Assembly: GCF_001194135.2 (NCBI RefSeq)
Contig: NC_068991.1
Coordinates: forward strand, 52,903,580 to 52,967,579
From: Octopus bimaculoides
Lineage: Eukaryota
Direction: 5' to 3'
Length of the DNA: 64,000 bases
Notes under the pieces: model-generated
The model's input: the letters and a program-made list of their open reading frames with translations, nothing else
What the model was told of the DNA's origin: nothing
Databases searched by the model: none
Program-made: the position numbers and the translations under genes
Shown: in pieces, positions 12,785-25,803 of the stretch
Position numbering within the stretch: the first letter of the stretch is position 1
Layout of the letters: every line of letters begins with the position of its first letter

Positions 12785-13660
12785 CAAACATATATACATA
12801 CATAGCATGAGGTGTTCAGGATTGCAGTGTATCAGAGAGAATAGAAATGTTGTGGGTGAGAAATATGTCTGTATGGATAATGGCATACTTACACTTCGCA
12901 ATTCAGAGAAGGAAGATGCTTGGCAGTGCCACTATGAAAGGTCGCTAAATGTGGAGAACGCATAGGAGAAGGAGAGAATCTTTGAAATATAGAACCAACT
13001 GAGAGACCAACTATCAGAGTTGACAGCAGTATAATAAATAAGGCAATTCAAAATATAATGACAGGGAAATCTCCTGGACCATCAGGAATCACTGCGGAGT
13101 AGGATACCAATGTGACCTAACCAGTAGGAAGGGTGTCTGTCCTCAATGTGTGGTAGCCATAATAAGAGCAGATTGAAAAAAGTTCAGGGAGCCATTACCT
13201 ATCCTAGCAGCAAAGAGCTTCTCTTTCAAAGTCATGAGCAGACTGCATGATGCTTATGCATGAAGTGTACTGCTGCATAGTAGTGAGATGCAGGCTTTAA
13301 ATATGAAGGTCCAATGAAGACTAGAAAAAAATGAGGTAGCATGCTTTGCTGGATATAGCACAGGAATGACAAGGTATAAATGAACTGAGACAAAATGATT
13401 ATAAGGGGAATCAGATGTATTGTGTAAGAAAGGAGACTGAGATGATATCAATATGTGATGCAAAGGGAGGATGGCAGATGCACAAGAGTGCCAAGCACTT
13501 AATGTGAATAGTACATGTGGAAGAAGGAAACTGGGGATACTTTACAATAATGTGGTGAAAAATGATCTCAAAATACTAAACCTGATGAAGAGGACAGGGG
13601 CTGTATCAGCAGGCAAACACAGTGCTGCAGAAGACATAAACCCTTGTGCAAGCTAGGCAA
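12785..13660 (+). mobile_element. RTE LINE remnant, internally deleted
   Basis: AWQCHYERSLNVENA and GKSPGPSGITAE motifs, then degenerate RT C-terminal segments. Confidence 0.7.
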
Positions 13661-14199
13661 AACGCTGATTAGAATAGTGGGTAGTGAGTGTACAACCACT
13701 TACCTATCCCCTTGCATCTCTCCATCTCTTCTCCTACCCACTGCATACTATGCCCACCATCACTGACAGAAAAACAATCTGTGCAGACTGAATATCCCCT
13801 TCCTTTGTTCTTCAGAACCACTCAAGCAAATCTTTACCTACCCTTCCTAATTTATCTGTCATCATACTTTCTTTTTCTTTACATTTTTGGGCTGTTCCTT
13901 GAGGATATGCTCTGGTCTCATCATTGTCATGTCTCTTTTCTACAACACTTTATCCACCCACATATAATTTATAGTAGCACTGAATCACCTGCTGCTCAAA
14001 CCACTCTACCAGCCTCTTCACTCTGTGACTATCTCATTCTACTCTTTTCTTTTCCCTAACACTGTCAGTCTAGTATCTACCTTCTCAAAGCACTAAACCC
14101 ATTCCTCCCATCACACATTAACTTTTCAAGACCTCACCAAATGTCACCACTCTCTCTCCTATTCTCCTCCTCTCTTGTGAGGTAGATAATAAGGAAGCT

Positions 14200-14880
14200 C
14201 CACAAGCGCTGGTGCATGTTAAAGACATGGTCTTCCAATCCATCAGATCCTACTGAACTGTTCATGTGTGTGTTCCACATCCTGAGCTGGCTGATGATCA
14301 AAAGGACCAATTTTATAAGGTCCTTTTGCAGTCTACCTCAATGATGAATGATAGTAATGTTCTTATTGTGGCTCATGACTTCAACAGACACATTAAGCAT
14401 CACTCCAATGGATTTCATGGTGTATATTGAGGTTACAGCTTTAGCTCAAGAAATGAGAAGGGAGTAAGGCTACTGGTGTTCTGTGATGTGAATGATTTGA
14501 TAATCTGCAACATTAATTTCAAGAAACCAACCAGCCACCTAATCATCTACCAATCTAGTAGGCACACAAGCCAGATTGGCTACATTCTCACAAGAAATCA
14601 GGATAGACAGACACTTGTAAATGCAAAGTCTTCTCCAAGTGAAGAATGTACATGACATAAGTTAGAGGTTAGTGACTTCAGACTTAGAGCTGGAACAACT
14701 CAGAAAAACAAGCCAGTAGCCAGTCTGGAAAAGAAAAATATAAAAACCTGAAGACCCAGCAAATTGAGAAATTTAGAGACATTCTAATTTAAGCTTTTAG
14801 CAAAAAGGAGGAGTTAGAGGTGTATAGCAGACAACTGTGTAAAAAGGTAACCTGCATGAAACATGTGCAAAGGAGATATA
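14200..14880 (+). mobile_element. RTE LINE apurinic endonuclease remnant
   Basis: DFNRHI, RNEKGVRLLVFC, NINFKKPTSHLI motifs. Confidence 0.72.
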
Positions 14881-15719
14881 TATATAGGCACAAGGCCTGA
14901 AATTTAGGGAAGGGGATTATCAATTACATCAACCCCAGTACACAGCTGGTACTTATTTTATCGACCTTGGCAGCATTTGAACTCAGAATGTGAAGACAGA
15001 TGAAATGCCACTAAGCATTTCACCTGGCATGCTAACAATTCTGCTAGATTGCCACCTTAAAATACACAGTAATAATACAAGGGTAATGGATGTCGAAATT
15101 ATGTGAAAACTAAGTTAGATACGATCCTTTGGTTATGTTAACTTAAAAGGTAGAGCAAATGTCAGCATAAAAGATACATGGAGGTGCAAAGCGTAGTGGT
15201 TTGGATATTCAGCCCATGACATTAAGGTTGTGAGTTCGATTCCCAGCAGAGCACTGTATCTTTGAGCAAGGTACTTTATTTCATGTTGCTCCAGTCCACT
15301 TAGCTGGCGAAAATATGTAGTAAGTGCCTGTATTTCAAAGGGCCAGCCATGTCATATTCTGTGTCATACTGAATCTCCCTAAGAACTATGTTAAGGGCAT
15401 GCATGTTTGTAGAGTGCTCAGCCCACATGCATGTTAATTTCATGAGCAGGCCGTTCAGTTGATCGGATCAACTGACATCCTTGTTGTCATAACCAACAGA
15501 GTACCCATATCAAAGATACATTCACTATGAACATTTGAAGTTAATAGCAATTAATGGAAAGTATCCGTAGCAGATGAGGTGGGGGGATCCAAATAGGGTC
15601 AATTTCAGATGCTGGTCTTTTCTTATGAGACGCTGCAACAAGACCAACACATGTGGTCACATAAGACAATCATCCAACCTTTGATAGAACAAGAGAACGG
15701 ATGTTAATATATTGATGAT

Positions 15720-16145
15720 AGTAAGGGGGAGAATTGGCAGATTCATTAACATGCAGGACAAAATGCTTAGTGGTATTTCATCCATCTTAACGTTCTGAGT
15801 TCAAAAGCTGCCAAGTTCAACTTGCCTTTCATCTTTTTGGGGTCGATAAAATAAGTACCAATTGAGTACTGACTTATCCCTCACCCCGACATCGCTGGCC
15901 TTCTGCCAAAATTTGGAACCAATATATTGATGATAGTAAGGCAGTGAGCTTGCAGAATTATTACCACACTGGACAAAATGCTTAGCGGCATTTTGTCCAC
16001 CTTCACATTCTGAATTCAAATTCTGCTGAGATCTACTTTGCCTTTCATCCTTTCAAGGTCGATAAAATAAGTACTAGTGGATATAATCAGTTGAATCCTT
16101 CTTCCCAAAACTGTAGGTCTTCTGCCAAAATTTGAAACCAACATA
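15720..16145 (+). mobile_element. Tandem pair of SINE family C
   Basis: GGTGAGCTGGCAGAAT...GCCTTTCATCCTTT..GGGTCGATAAAATAAGTACC...AAAATTTGAAACCAA. Other copies about 14900-15060 (-), 17660-18050, 38085-38300, 46535-46770, 52985-53140 (-), 61770-62050. Confidence 0.85.
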
Positions 16146-17340
16146 TTGATGATAGTCATAATTAAATTAACAATTAAGGACAATAAGTCAATATATCTAA
16201 AATCTAGGTTTAAGATACACTAAATATCTTTTACTCGTTTCAATAACTGAACAGCAGCCTGGCTGTACTCGAACAAATCGAGCCTAATATGTATTTTTTG
16301 TTTGTTTTTTAAAGTCTGGTACTTATTTTATCGGTCAATTTTCGATGAAGTGCTAAGTTACGAGAATATAAACAAACCGACGTCGGTTTGTGGGAGACGA
16401 ACATAAAGACACACACATGCATGACAGGATTCCTCAGTTTCCGTCTACGAAATTCACTCACTACACATTGGTCACTCCAGGGTTATAGGAGACGCTTGCC
16501 CACGGTGCCGTGCAGAGAGAGAGAGTAAGAGAGAGAGAGTGTGAGAGAGAGAGTGTGAGAGAGAGAGAGAGAGAGAGAGTGCCACTTACACATACATGCA
16601 AAAAAATATATACATGACAACACACTTTCACTCTCTCTTTCAGCCACTCACGTCCATTTCATAAACACGTACATACATTTTTCACTTTCTCGAAGAGTAA
16701 AGAAATAAAAAATTTTACGGAAATTAACGAACAAGATCATATGTGATTGATAAGTTTGTTGCTAGTAACGAAGGAATACCATAAATAATACTAAACGAAA
16801 TAACACAAGTGATTGCTTAACACAGCAGAGAGACTAAGACAAAATAGAACGGAAGAAGCCTCATACAGGTCTTTCTAATTTTTAGAAATAGCAGCCAATT
16901 TCTCTCCAATTATACTTTCCAGTGTGAACGTAGATAAACTTACGGATCACCGTCCTTATACACTTAAAAAGCCATTATGGTCATAGCAGAAATACATTTA
17001 CTCATCGGTTGACTCGATCAGGGTTAGTTTGAGGCTAAACAACATCAAAGATAAGAGAAACATTATATTTATATATAAACCGGTAAGATAAACGAAGCGA
17101 ATTAACCGAATAAAATTATTTGTGAACTCGGATAACAAAGTTAATGATTTCATATTAGATATAATCAGAATTTATCCCATTACGTGTTACTAATTTCTAA
17201 TAAGAACATAAAATATTGCCGAGCACATTTCAATAACATCCCTGGTGTTTATTTATCTCGTAAAGCAATGTTTTTTTTCCAGGCGGCATTTAAATTGCGA
17301 AGGGGGACATAACTAAACATCACAACACGTTAACCGACAC

Positions 17341-17600
17341 TTAACTATTTCTTCGTGACTTAACACGAAGCATGCTGCTTATAAACAAAATTCTGTTAAA
17401 AATTACACGAACTAAACATTCAAGGATACAAGTAGCAATATTTTTTTCTTCATTATTCTTGAAATCATCAGCGGAAGATCCTGAATCTTTAGCCTGTCCC
17501 AGTAAAATCATGTTTAGTAAAAGATACACATTATAAAATATCCAGTTGTGTACCACCATTGTCACTGTTTTCACCGGAAGTGGCATGGACTTCTATGAAA
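17341..17600 (-). promoter_or_regulatory. Candidate promoter and first exon of the minus-strand gene
   Basis: ETS-type CCGGAAGT motif at about 17574-17581. Downstream ATG opens a signal-peptide-like MVVHNWIFYNVYLLLNMILLGQA. Possible donor CGT|GTAATT. Lies just outside the CpG-poor left region. Confidence 0.3.
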
Positions 17601-18919
17601 CGTGTGCTTTTAAGAATCTCTCTCTCTCTCTTTATCTTTCTATCTATCTATCTGCCACATTCTTCCGGCTTTTCGTTCTGAGTTCAATCCTCACCGAGGT
17701 TACAGTTTCCTGTAATCCTTTCAGATTTGAAAAAATAAGTACCAGTCAAGTTCTGGAGTCGAGACGAACGACTATCTCCTCCCCTAAATTTCAGGCATGT
17801 GCCTATAGTAGAAAGCATTTTGAAAAAAAAGTGCGAGCTAGCAGAATCGTTACTACGTCTAATAAAATACTTAGAGGCATTTCGTTCGTCTTTATGTGCT
17901 GAGTTCAAATAACGCCGAGCTCGACTTTGCCTTCCATCCTTTCGAAATTGATAAAATAAGTACCAGTCGAGAACTGGGGTTGATGTATTCGAATTACGCC
18001 CTCCCCCAAAATAGCTGGCCTTGGTGCCAAAATTTGAAACCATTATTATCATTTCGTGGCCACCAAGAATAGATTAAAAAAAACAACTTCTGACGTTATG
18101 TAAACATCTAATCTTACAAGAATTAGTCTGTGACGATATGACCAATGTATACTCCGTTTGTTGTTTTAGCCAGGCTCATTCCTGATGGAGGAAATTTTTT
18201 AGAATGCTGTCATCACCTGTCAGAACTGTCCCTCTAATTTTATTCACAACTTTTCACAATTCCTTTACTCCTGTCTTCCGAAGCGAAACGTTTGTTTGCC
18301 TTACATCCTGTAGTAATCCAGCAACCTTTTTTATTAGTTAATAGATAAGAAATTTCTAAACGTCATCTTCCACAACAATACTGTGTTATGAATAAAGACA
18401 ATTTGAATTGAATGTGACAAGCGTGTGTGGGAAAGACTTCGTTTTGTACCCCACTCCCATTAAATTTTTCTTTAATATTACACGTGGTAGGAAGTTAATT
18501 ACCGACCATGTCTTATAATAATAATGATGAGAAAGTCATAAAAATTCATTTCTATTTTAAAAAACTTCATTTCTGTATTATGTATATTCATGTCCCAATT
18601 TATCTAACGTTAAAGCCTACATTGCCTAACACTATGAAATTTGCCGAACCTGGGGATATGAATATACGTAATACAGAAATGAAGTTTTTTTTAATAGAAA
18701 TTCTTAATTTTTATGACTTTCTCATCATTATCATTATAAGATATGGTAGGAAATCAATTTTCCACCATTCTTTTATTTGTTTCAGTCATTTGACTGTGGC
18801 CATGCTGGAGCACTGCCTTTAGTCGAACAAATCGACCCCCAGAACTTATTCTTTGTAAGCCTAGTACTTATTCTATCGGTTCCTTTTGCCGAACCGCTAA
18901 TGTTTTATATATATATAGT

Positions 18920-19770
18920 CAATTTCAACATGAAGAAGCAAGAAAAATCACGAAAAAACAACGCGAGGACGTGGAATAAGTACAGTGTTATTGGACGCTC
19001 AGGATAGGAAAGAAAAGAAAGAGGATTTAACGTTTCGATCGGAGATCTTCGTCAGAAATATAGGGAAAGAAAATCACAAACGATGCACAGACGGTCACAT
19101 ATTGGAACGACTGGAAAGGAAAGGGTGGAGAAAAAGTTCTTTTCAAAGACAGGAGAGTGCAAGAGAAGGAGGTGTGTGTGTATGTAGTTGTGGCTGCTTA
19201 TGTATGTGTGTGGTTGAACATAATATCGTTAAGGTCATGGCTGTCTGTTGTGTGTCTACCTACACATGTGCGTAGGAGAATGGTCAGTAGAAAGGTATTG
19301 GTAGTTTGAAGTATGTGTTTTGTTTCCAGTGCGCGTGTGTATGTATGTGTGTGTACGTGTGGGTATGTATGGATGTGTGTACGTGTGGGTTTGTGTGTGC
19401 GCGCGTGAGGTTGTGTCTGTGGAGTAATTATACTTTACTTTGTGTGTGTGCTTGTACGTGCGTGTGTGTGTACATGTATGTATAATTGTGTGCGTCTATG
19501 TATGAGTGTGTGCTGTGTGTGTATGGGAGGTATGTGTGGGTTCATCTGCGTGGGTACATGTGTGTGTGGATTTGTGTGTTTGTGCATGTATGTGTGAACG
19601 AGGGGTTTGTATGGGTATAGGTGCGTTTTTTTGCGCGGGTGTGTATGCGTGTATGCGTGGGATTGTGAGTGTTATGTATGTGTGCGTTCATATGCGTGTG
19701 TGTGTATGTGTTGCGTATGTGTATGTGTGTGCATGCGTGTATGTATATATTGTGTGTATGTGGGGTGGGG
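18920..19770 (-). mobile_element. Second copy of the same Penelope 3' terminal region, non-coding
   Basis: 18920-19170 is closely similar to 4636-4875 (ACAACGCGAGGACGTGGAATAAGTACAGTGTTATTGGA...), followed by the same TG-rich tract. Confidence 0.85.
19022..19060 (-). ncRNA. Minimal type I hammerhead ribozyme motif in a Penelope terminus
   Basis: Minus strand AUUU-CUGACGA-A-GAUC-ucc-GAUC-GAAAC-GUU-AAAU: core motifs, 4-bp stem II, palindromic ACGU stem III, 4-bp stem I. Confidence 0.75.
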
Positions 19771-20289
19771 TGGGGGTGATGAAATTTTGAAATGCCGATT
19801 TTTGCCAATTTTTTTTTCAGATTCGTAATCTCCGTACCCGAAAACGGGGGTTTCTATTAAAAAAAAAATTTTTAATAAGAAATAAAGCGGGTGGAGGGTA
19901 CGAAAGGAAGTCTTGCCTTAAAGAGCAAACCAATGCTTAAGTTAAAATTTAATGACATCCACATCTCCAAGTTGGAAAATTTTTATTCCATTCTTCTTTT
20001 TAATCATCGGCGAACACAAGCTACGAAATCGTATCTAATCTCGAATAAAACTGACATCAACGAAAGTTGTTTAGAGTTATCTTACTTGAAAACTCATCAC
20101 CATGGTTGAATATAAATGTGACTGAATTTAGTGTTGCCTGAAGTACTGAAATGACATTTAGTAGGGGGTCTTGATTTATACTAATACACGCACACATACA
20201 TCCTCATGGATGATGGTGGCTTAACAAGCCGATACTTCGTAATCATCAACAATATTCTTGTTTAAGAATAATAGATATATAAACAAGAT

Positions 20290-20357
20290 TAGAAATATTA
20301 ATATAGTTTCAAAAATAGAAATATTAATATAGTTTCAAAAATAGAAATATTAATATT
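20290..20357. repeat. 26-bp tandem repeat, about 2.6 copies
   Basis: TAGAAATATTAATATAGTTTCAAAAA repeated. Confidence 0.85.
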
Positions 20358-20396
20358 TCTAAGTCTCTCTAAAGGAGACTACGGCAGCGGTACTGG

Positions 20397-20619
20397 ATAT
20401 TGACAGTTATTGCCAAGCTAACATGGCAGTCCAGAAAAATAAGGACTAATGCTTCCGTTGATTAGCTCGAAGAGGCCATCGCCTCTAGCTAGCTATGTGA
20501 CACACGAACCTGTGTCCATTATAACCTTCGAACAGGGGAGGTCAGCCGCTTCCTCTTGGAGCTAATCAACGTCTTATTTTTCTGGTCTGCAATGTTAGCT
20601 TGGCAATAACTATTAATAT
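20397..20619. repeat. Small foldback/MITE with about 70-bp arms
   Basis: AGTTATTGCCAAGCTAACAT / ATGTTAGCTTGGCAATAACT. Confidence 0.8.
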
Positions 20620-21116
20620 AAACAAGATTAATAGATATATAAATATGATCCAGGGATCCGAATGTAGGAAGTTTGTAAGCTTCAAGCAATAGGAGGAAGT
20701 ATAGAGAAAACAATATACAATAAGATACAATAACAATTTGTTATCACCAAGAGTTATGTGTATATATATATATATATATATATTTCCCCATTTCGAAGTT
20801 GCAAAGAAATTCAATAAAGTGATAGTTTCTATACAGTTCACTGTTAAGAAGTTAGGAGCTAGTTTGTTTTTTTTTCCATTCGCAAAATATGCATTTTTTT
20901 AAAAGGAAGTAATAAATCTGAAAATTGGCTATAATAATGTAGCTTTCCAGTCTCATTGATTTGCAGGTATGATGTTGAGAAAAAAAAATTGGAGAAAAAA
21001 GTTGCAGAGGTTTAAAAGTCGAAAAGTCACACCAATTTGAACTTCTAATTTGTCTCTTGAGGTCTCAGTGTGAGACTTGGAGTCAACTTGTACAAATACA
21101 AAACAAAAGTATATAC

Positions 21117-21169
<53 letters not shown>

Positions 21170-21172
<3 letters not shown>

Positions 21173-21790
21173 TTTAATCAAGGCAGCAAGTATTGTTGCA
21201 GCAGAAAATGAGGGTGTTGATGTCAAGAAAAAGAAATGTAATGGGAGTGACAAAAGAAAAGACCCATGGTGGAAAAAATGAATACAGGCAGTGTTAGATA
21301 TGCTATCGAAGGAAATTTCTGTGTTAGACCGAGAAGAGAAAGAGGAGCTTAAAAGCGAACAAAAATACAGGGCGCTGAAAAGGAAGTATAATATTGAAAG
21401 AAAGGGCCTGAAAGTGGTAATAGAAGAACTGAAACAGCGCCTCGTTGCAAGGAAAGCAAAGATGGTAAGATATGAAGGGTTACCACCAGAATAGGTTATT
21501 CAGAGTAGATCAGAAGAGATTCTATAAAGAAATAAATGGAGAGTGTACAGATGAAAAGGTGATACCAGATAACAATGAAAGTCAATGGTTTTGGAGTGAC
21601 CTCTGAAGCAAAGACAAAGAGCACAAGAAGGTTGCTGAATGGTTGCAAGAACTGAAACAAACAGTAGTTTGTCCAAAACAGACAGAACTAGTCATTTCAG
21701 TAAGGGAAGTGCAGGAAATCAGCAAAAAAAAAAAAATGATTTCGAGGCCAACTCTGCAATTCTGCGAAGATTACTGAGGGAGCAACATCC
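21170..21790 (+). mobile_element. R4/Dong-like non-LTR retrotransposon fragment following (TAA)n
   Basis: DPWWK, KYNIERKGLKVVIEELKQRL, NRLFRVDQKRFY, FWSDL motifs, broken by stops and frameshifts. Confidence 0.72.
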
Positions 21791-24700
21791 ACCCTGCTGT
21801 ACGAGCGACAATGAGATGATGTAAGGAATACGAGGTTAGGCTATCACTTGTAGATTATGTACATAGATATAATTAGGGAGAGGGTGTACGTTGAAATCTT
21901 TTTATCGTTATTCAGTTGATGTAGATTTTTTTTTTTTTGGTATGTATATGTAGAGGAGGGGAAGCGTGCCTTGTGCATGGAATGATCGTGGGACCAGAGG
22001 GACATATGATGTTATGAGATGAGATAGCAGGTGAGGTAAGGAAGAAGCAGGTGTCACCAGCGAGTGTCAATTGGATGAGCATTGAACTAGCGGGGGAATG
22101 TTCTCAACTTGTCGTAAAGCTGTTTTTATTCCTTTTGTGGTGTAACATGGTATCTCTATTTCCTACTGTTTGTAGTGACGTCATATGGCGCCAAAAAGGC
22201 ATAGTCGCCATTACTCCATCTTTAACCACGCATGCGTGGATTTCGACATCCAAGCGTTCCCGCTTCTATTCTCACTCTTACCACGCCAGACAGCGAACAA
22301 GCAAGACGGTCTAAAACAAGCTCTCATTGAGTGTGAAAGAAGGAAGTTGTCTCTCCAACGATTCATCTCTAGGGACAGTACATCTACATTCAGGCTATAT
22401 ATTTTCCACCATAAATAAATATTGTTGTTGATCAGTTTGGAGTTCTGCGTTCTGTTCACTTCTAATTTAATATAGGAAAGTCAGGTGTACATCTAATGAT
22501 GTATAACCCACTTTCCTAAATGTTAAAGTAAGAACGAATAGTTTTCCCCTTTGATCACCTAATACCCATCACAAAATCTTTGGCGGTAAAGTCGACATAA
22601 ATTCGACCCAAAATAGTAGCACAGAAGCAAAATCATTTTCATATCCTGAAGATGATATCAGCGACACCATTTTAGTAACTATTGTTCTCAGTAAATCAGG
22701 TACGTTTATGTAGGTGGTTGCTGTGTGTGATTATATGCCTAACATTCCCTTTCCTCTACTCTCACCGCTATCATATTCCCTCTGATATACATACCTCTCT
22801 CTTTCTCACTCTATAACACCTTTAAGTTCGTTAACGAGAAATGTTTTTGAGTACGGACATAAAAGCTCCTATGCTTTCATGTCAGCTACGGCCTAGCGAT
22901 TCCAACTTCCAACAACAGTTTTATGGGATCGTATCAAGCTGTGCCGATATAACGTAGAATAAATATAGTGATAATAATAATGATCCATGGATGGAATGTA
23001 TAAATATACTAGCTAACCTTGGGCCGTCAAAAATAACGGCTAATTGTAGTATTTTATATATGAATAAGGTACATAATAATCACACATACAAACATTCACA
23101 TTCTTCCCTTGTACATGCACACACATATACTCAAACAGAGTTGAAAGCAGTTTAACTTTTCTTTTCAGCGTTGAACATTCACCATCCCATTTCCATTGCA
23201 CACACACACACACACACACACATACTCACACACATTCACATACCTCCCTTTTACATACTCACACATATACTCACACTGAGTTGAAACGCTGATTTTTTTC
23301 ACCCCTTCCTTTCTCTATTACTATTACTTTCTCTCACTCTCTCTCAGTCAGGGCTATTACTCTCACTACTTCTCCTTCACTAAACTACTATTTTCTTCTC
23401 TCCCTTCACTGATACATTTTCCCCATTGTACGCCGGTTTGGTTATTTATAAAGATACCCGAAAAAAACCGCATACCTCGGTAACCCGTGGTCCGATTTTC
23501 GCAAAACTTGTTTTATTCCGTTTGTACTCACATGAGCATCCGATTCCTGATCTCTCCTGCTTCTGTCTCTTCCCCTCTGTCTCACCAGACTCTCAGCCCT
23601 TGCTTTATCAGTTTCATCGATCTTGGATAAATATTTCGTAAAGGACCCGTTCGTACNNNNNNNNNNNNNNNNNNNNNNNNNNNNNNNNNNNNNNNNNNNN
23701 NNNNNNNNNNNNNNNNNNNNNNNNNNNNNNNNNNNNNNNNNNNNNNNNNNNNNNNNNNNNNNNNNNNNNNNNNNNNNNNNNNNNNNNNNNNNNNNNNNNN
23801 NNNNNNNNNNNNNNNNNNNNNNNNNNNNNNNNNNNNNNNNNNNNNNNNNNNNNNNNNNNNNNNNNNNNNNNNNNNNNNNNNNNNNNNNNNNNNNNNNNNN
23901 NNNNNNNNNNNNNNNNNNNNNNNNNNNNNNNNNNNNNNNNNNNNNNNNNNNNNNNNNNNNNNNNNNNNNNNNNNNNNNNNNNNNNNNNNNNNNNNNNNNN
24001 NNNNNNNNNNNNNNNNNNNNNNNNNNNNNNNNNNNNNNNNNNNNNNNNNNNNNNNNNNNNNNNNNNNNNNNNNNNNNNNNNNNNNNNNNNNNNNNNNNNN
24101 NNNNNNNNNNNNNNNNNNNNNNNNNNNNNNNNNNNNNNNNNNNNNNNNNNNNNNNNNNNNNNNNNNNNNNNNNNNNNNNNNNNNNNNNNNNNNNNNNNNN
24201 ATCTTAAGTAATTGTTACGTGGTAGCAGGGTATGCTAGAAATAGCAGCCAAATCTTTGGAGGTGAGATACGTTGAACACACTTGAAAAAACCTATAGAAA
24301 AAAATTATTTCACACCGAGGTTACAAACGGGTCTTTTAAGAATATTTACTGTATTTTAAAAGTCATTTTCAATTAAAAATATTTTTTAAATATGCAAAAA
24401 AAAAAATGTTTATAATGGTATTCACTTGAAAATAATTTTTAAAAAATTAAAATATTGTCTGTTTAAAGAAAGCTAAAATATAAATACTTACTGTACAAAC
24501 AACTTACATTTTTGAAATCACATTCACTTTAAAATATTTCTAAATGATTAAAATACTGTGTTTAACAAAAGCGAAAATAGAAACATTTACTGTAAAAACA
24601 ACTCGTATTTTTTCGCTGGCAAGTTAAAGTCACTAAAAAACATCGCATCCATGACGTCAACACACATACAGAATACACACACATATAATGAATGTCATGG

Positions 24701-25562
24701 CGTGTCAATCAACACAAACACACGTCCGCTGTCTGTGACATATGCACACATATAACGTGTCTAATCGAAAGGTTAGAGTTTCTTCCCTTCCAGGGTCAAG
24801 TTACTTTCGGAGTATTTTCCCATTAGGCACCCCACCGCATATCTCAAGAACCAGTGGTCTGATTTATGCGAAACTCGCTTTCACATTTCAGGGGTACTTT
24901 ACTTTCAAAGTATTTTCCCCTTATGCGCCAGTTTGGCTGTGTAACATTCAAAGCAAACAAACAAGATTGAAGTTCATTTTTAATAGTATATATATATATA
25001 TTAAAAATGGTGAAGACTGGTTTATGGGATTACCTTAGGTTTCCCGTACATAAAAGGAAACTTAAGGTAATCCCATAAACTGGCCTTCCCATTTTTAATA
25101 TATATTGCTCTACATCTTAGAGTGTGCTTCTTCTTTCGGGTTAATGTTCTTTACAAACGATATACATCTTGATAATACTAAAACTCTAAAGATATTTGTG
25201 TGTACTCCAAATATCTCAGTAATGCAGTACAAATTTTTGTGATATTTGGGACTCTATTTATTAAGGAAAATGATTAAACACAATTTTTGTTCATTATTTC
25301 TTGACGAAAAAAAAAATATATATATATATATCGCATCCATGACGTCAACATACATACAGAATAATACACACACATATAATGAACGTCATGGCATGTCAAT
25401 CAGCACAAATACACGTCCGCTATCTGTGACATATACACACACATAGTCCTCGTGTTCTCTAAGGAAAAAAGTCGACTTTTTGACGTACACAATATTTTAA
25501 TCATTTAAAAATATGTTTAACTGAATGTAATTTTAAAAATGTAAGTTGATTGTACAGTAAGT

Positions 25563-25733
25563 GGCGGAGGTAAAGAATACGTACACTACCCGTTTTCGGC
25601 GTAACAAAACTCTAATCCTAACCCTAACCCTAATCCAAACCCTAAACCATAACCCTAAATCCTAATCCTAACACTAACTCTAAACCCTAACCCTAGCCCT
25701 AAACACTGAGTGTACGTATTCTTTACTTTCGCC
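25563..25733. mobile_element. 171-bp MITE with 8-bp TSD CAGTAAGT, filled with degenerate (CCCTAA)n
   Basis: TIR GGCGGAGGTAAAGAATACGTACACT / AGTGTACGTATTCTTTACTTTCGCC. TSD at 25555-25562 and 25734-25741. Confidence 0.9.
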
Positions 25734-25803
25734 CAGTAAGTATTTATACCTTAGATTTCTTTAAACAGACAATATTTTAATGTTTTAAAAATTATTTTCG
25801 AGT

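Noticed and set aside
17400-17560. Resemblance of IATCILECLVR to the C16orf89/DUF4735 N-terminus
   Set aside because: Too short, and the other exons do not extend the match convincingly.
25600-25710. Interstitial telomere as a chromosome-fusion scar (also 48660-48685)
   Set aside because: Short, degenerate, single orientation and enclosed within mobile elements.
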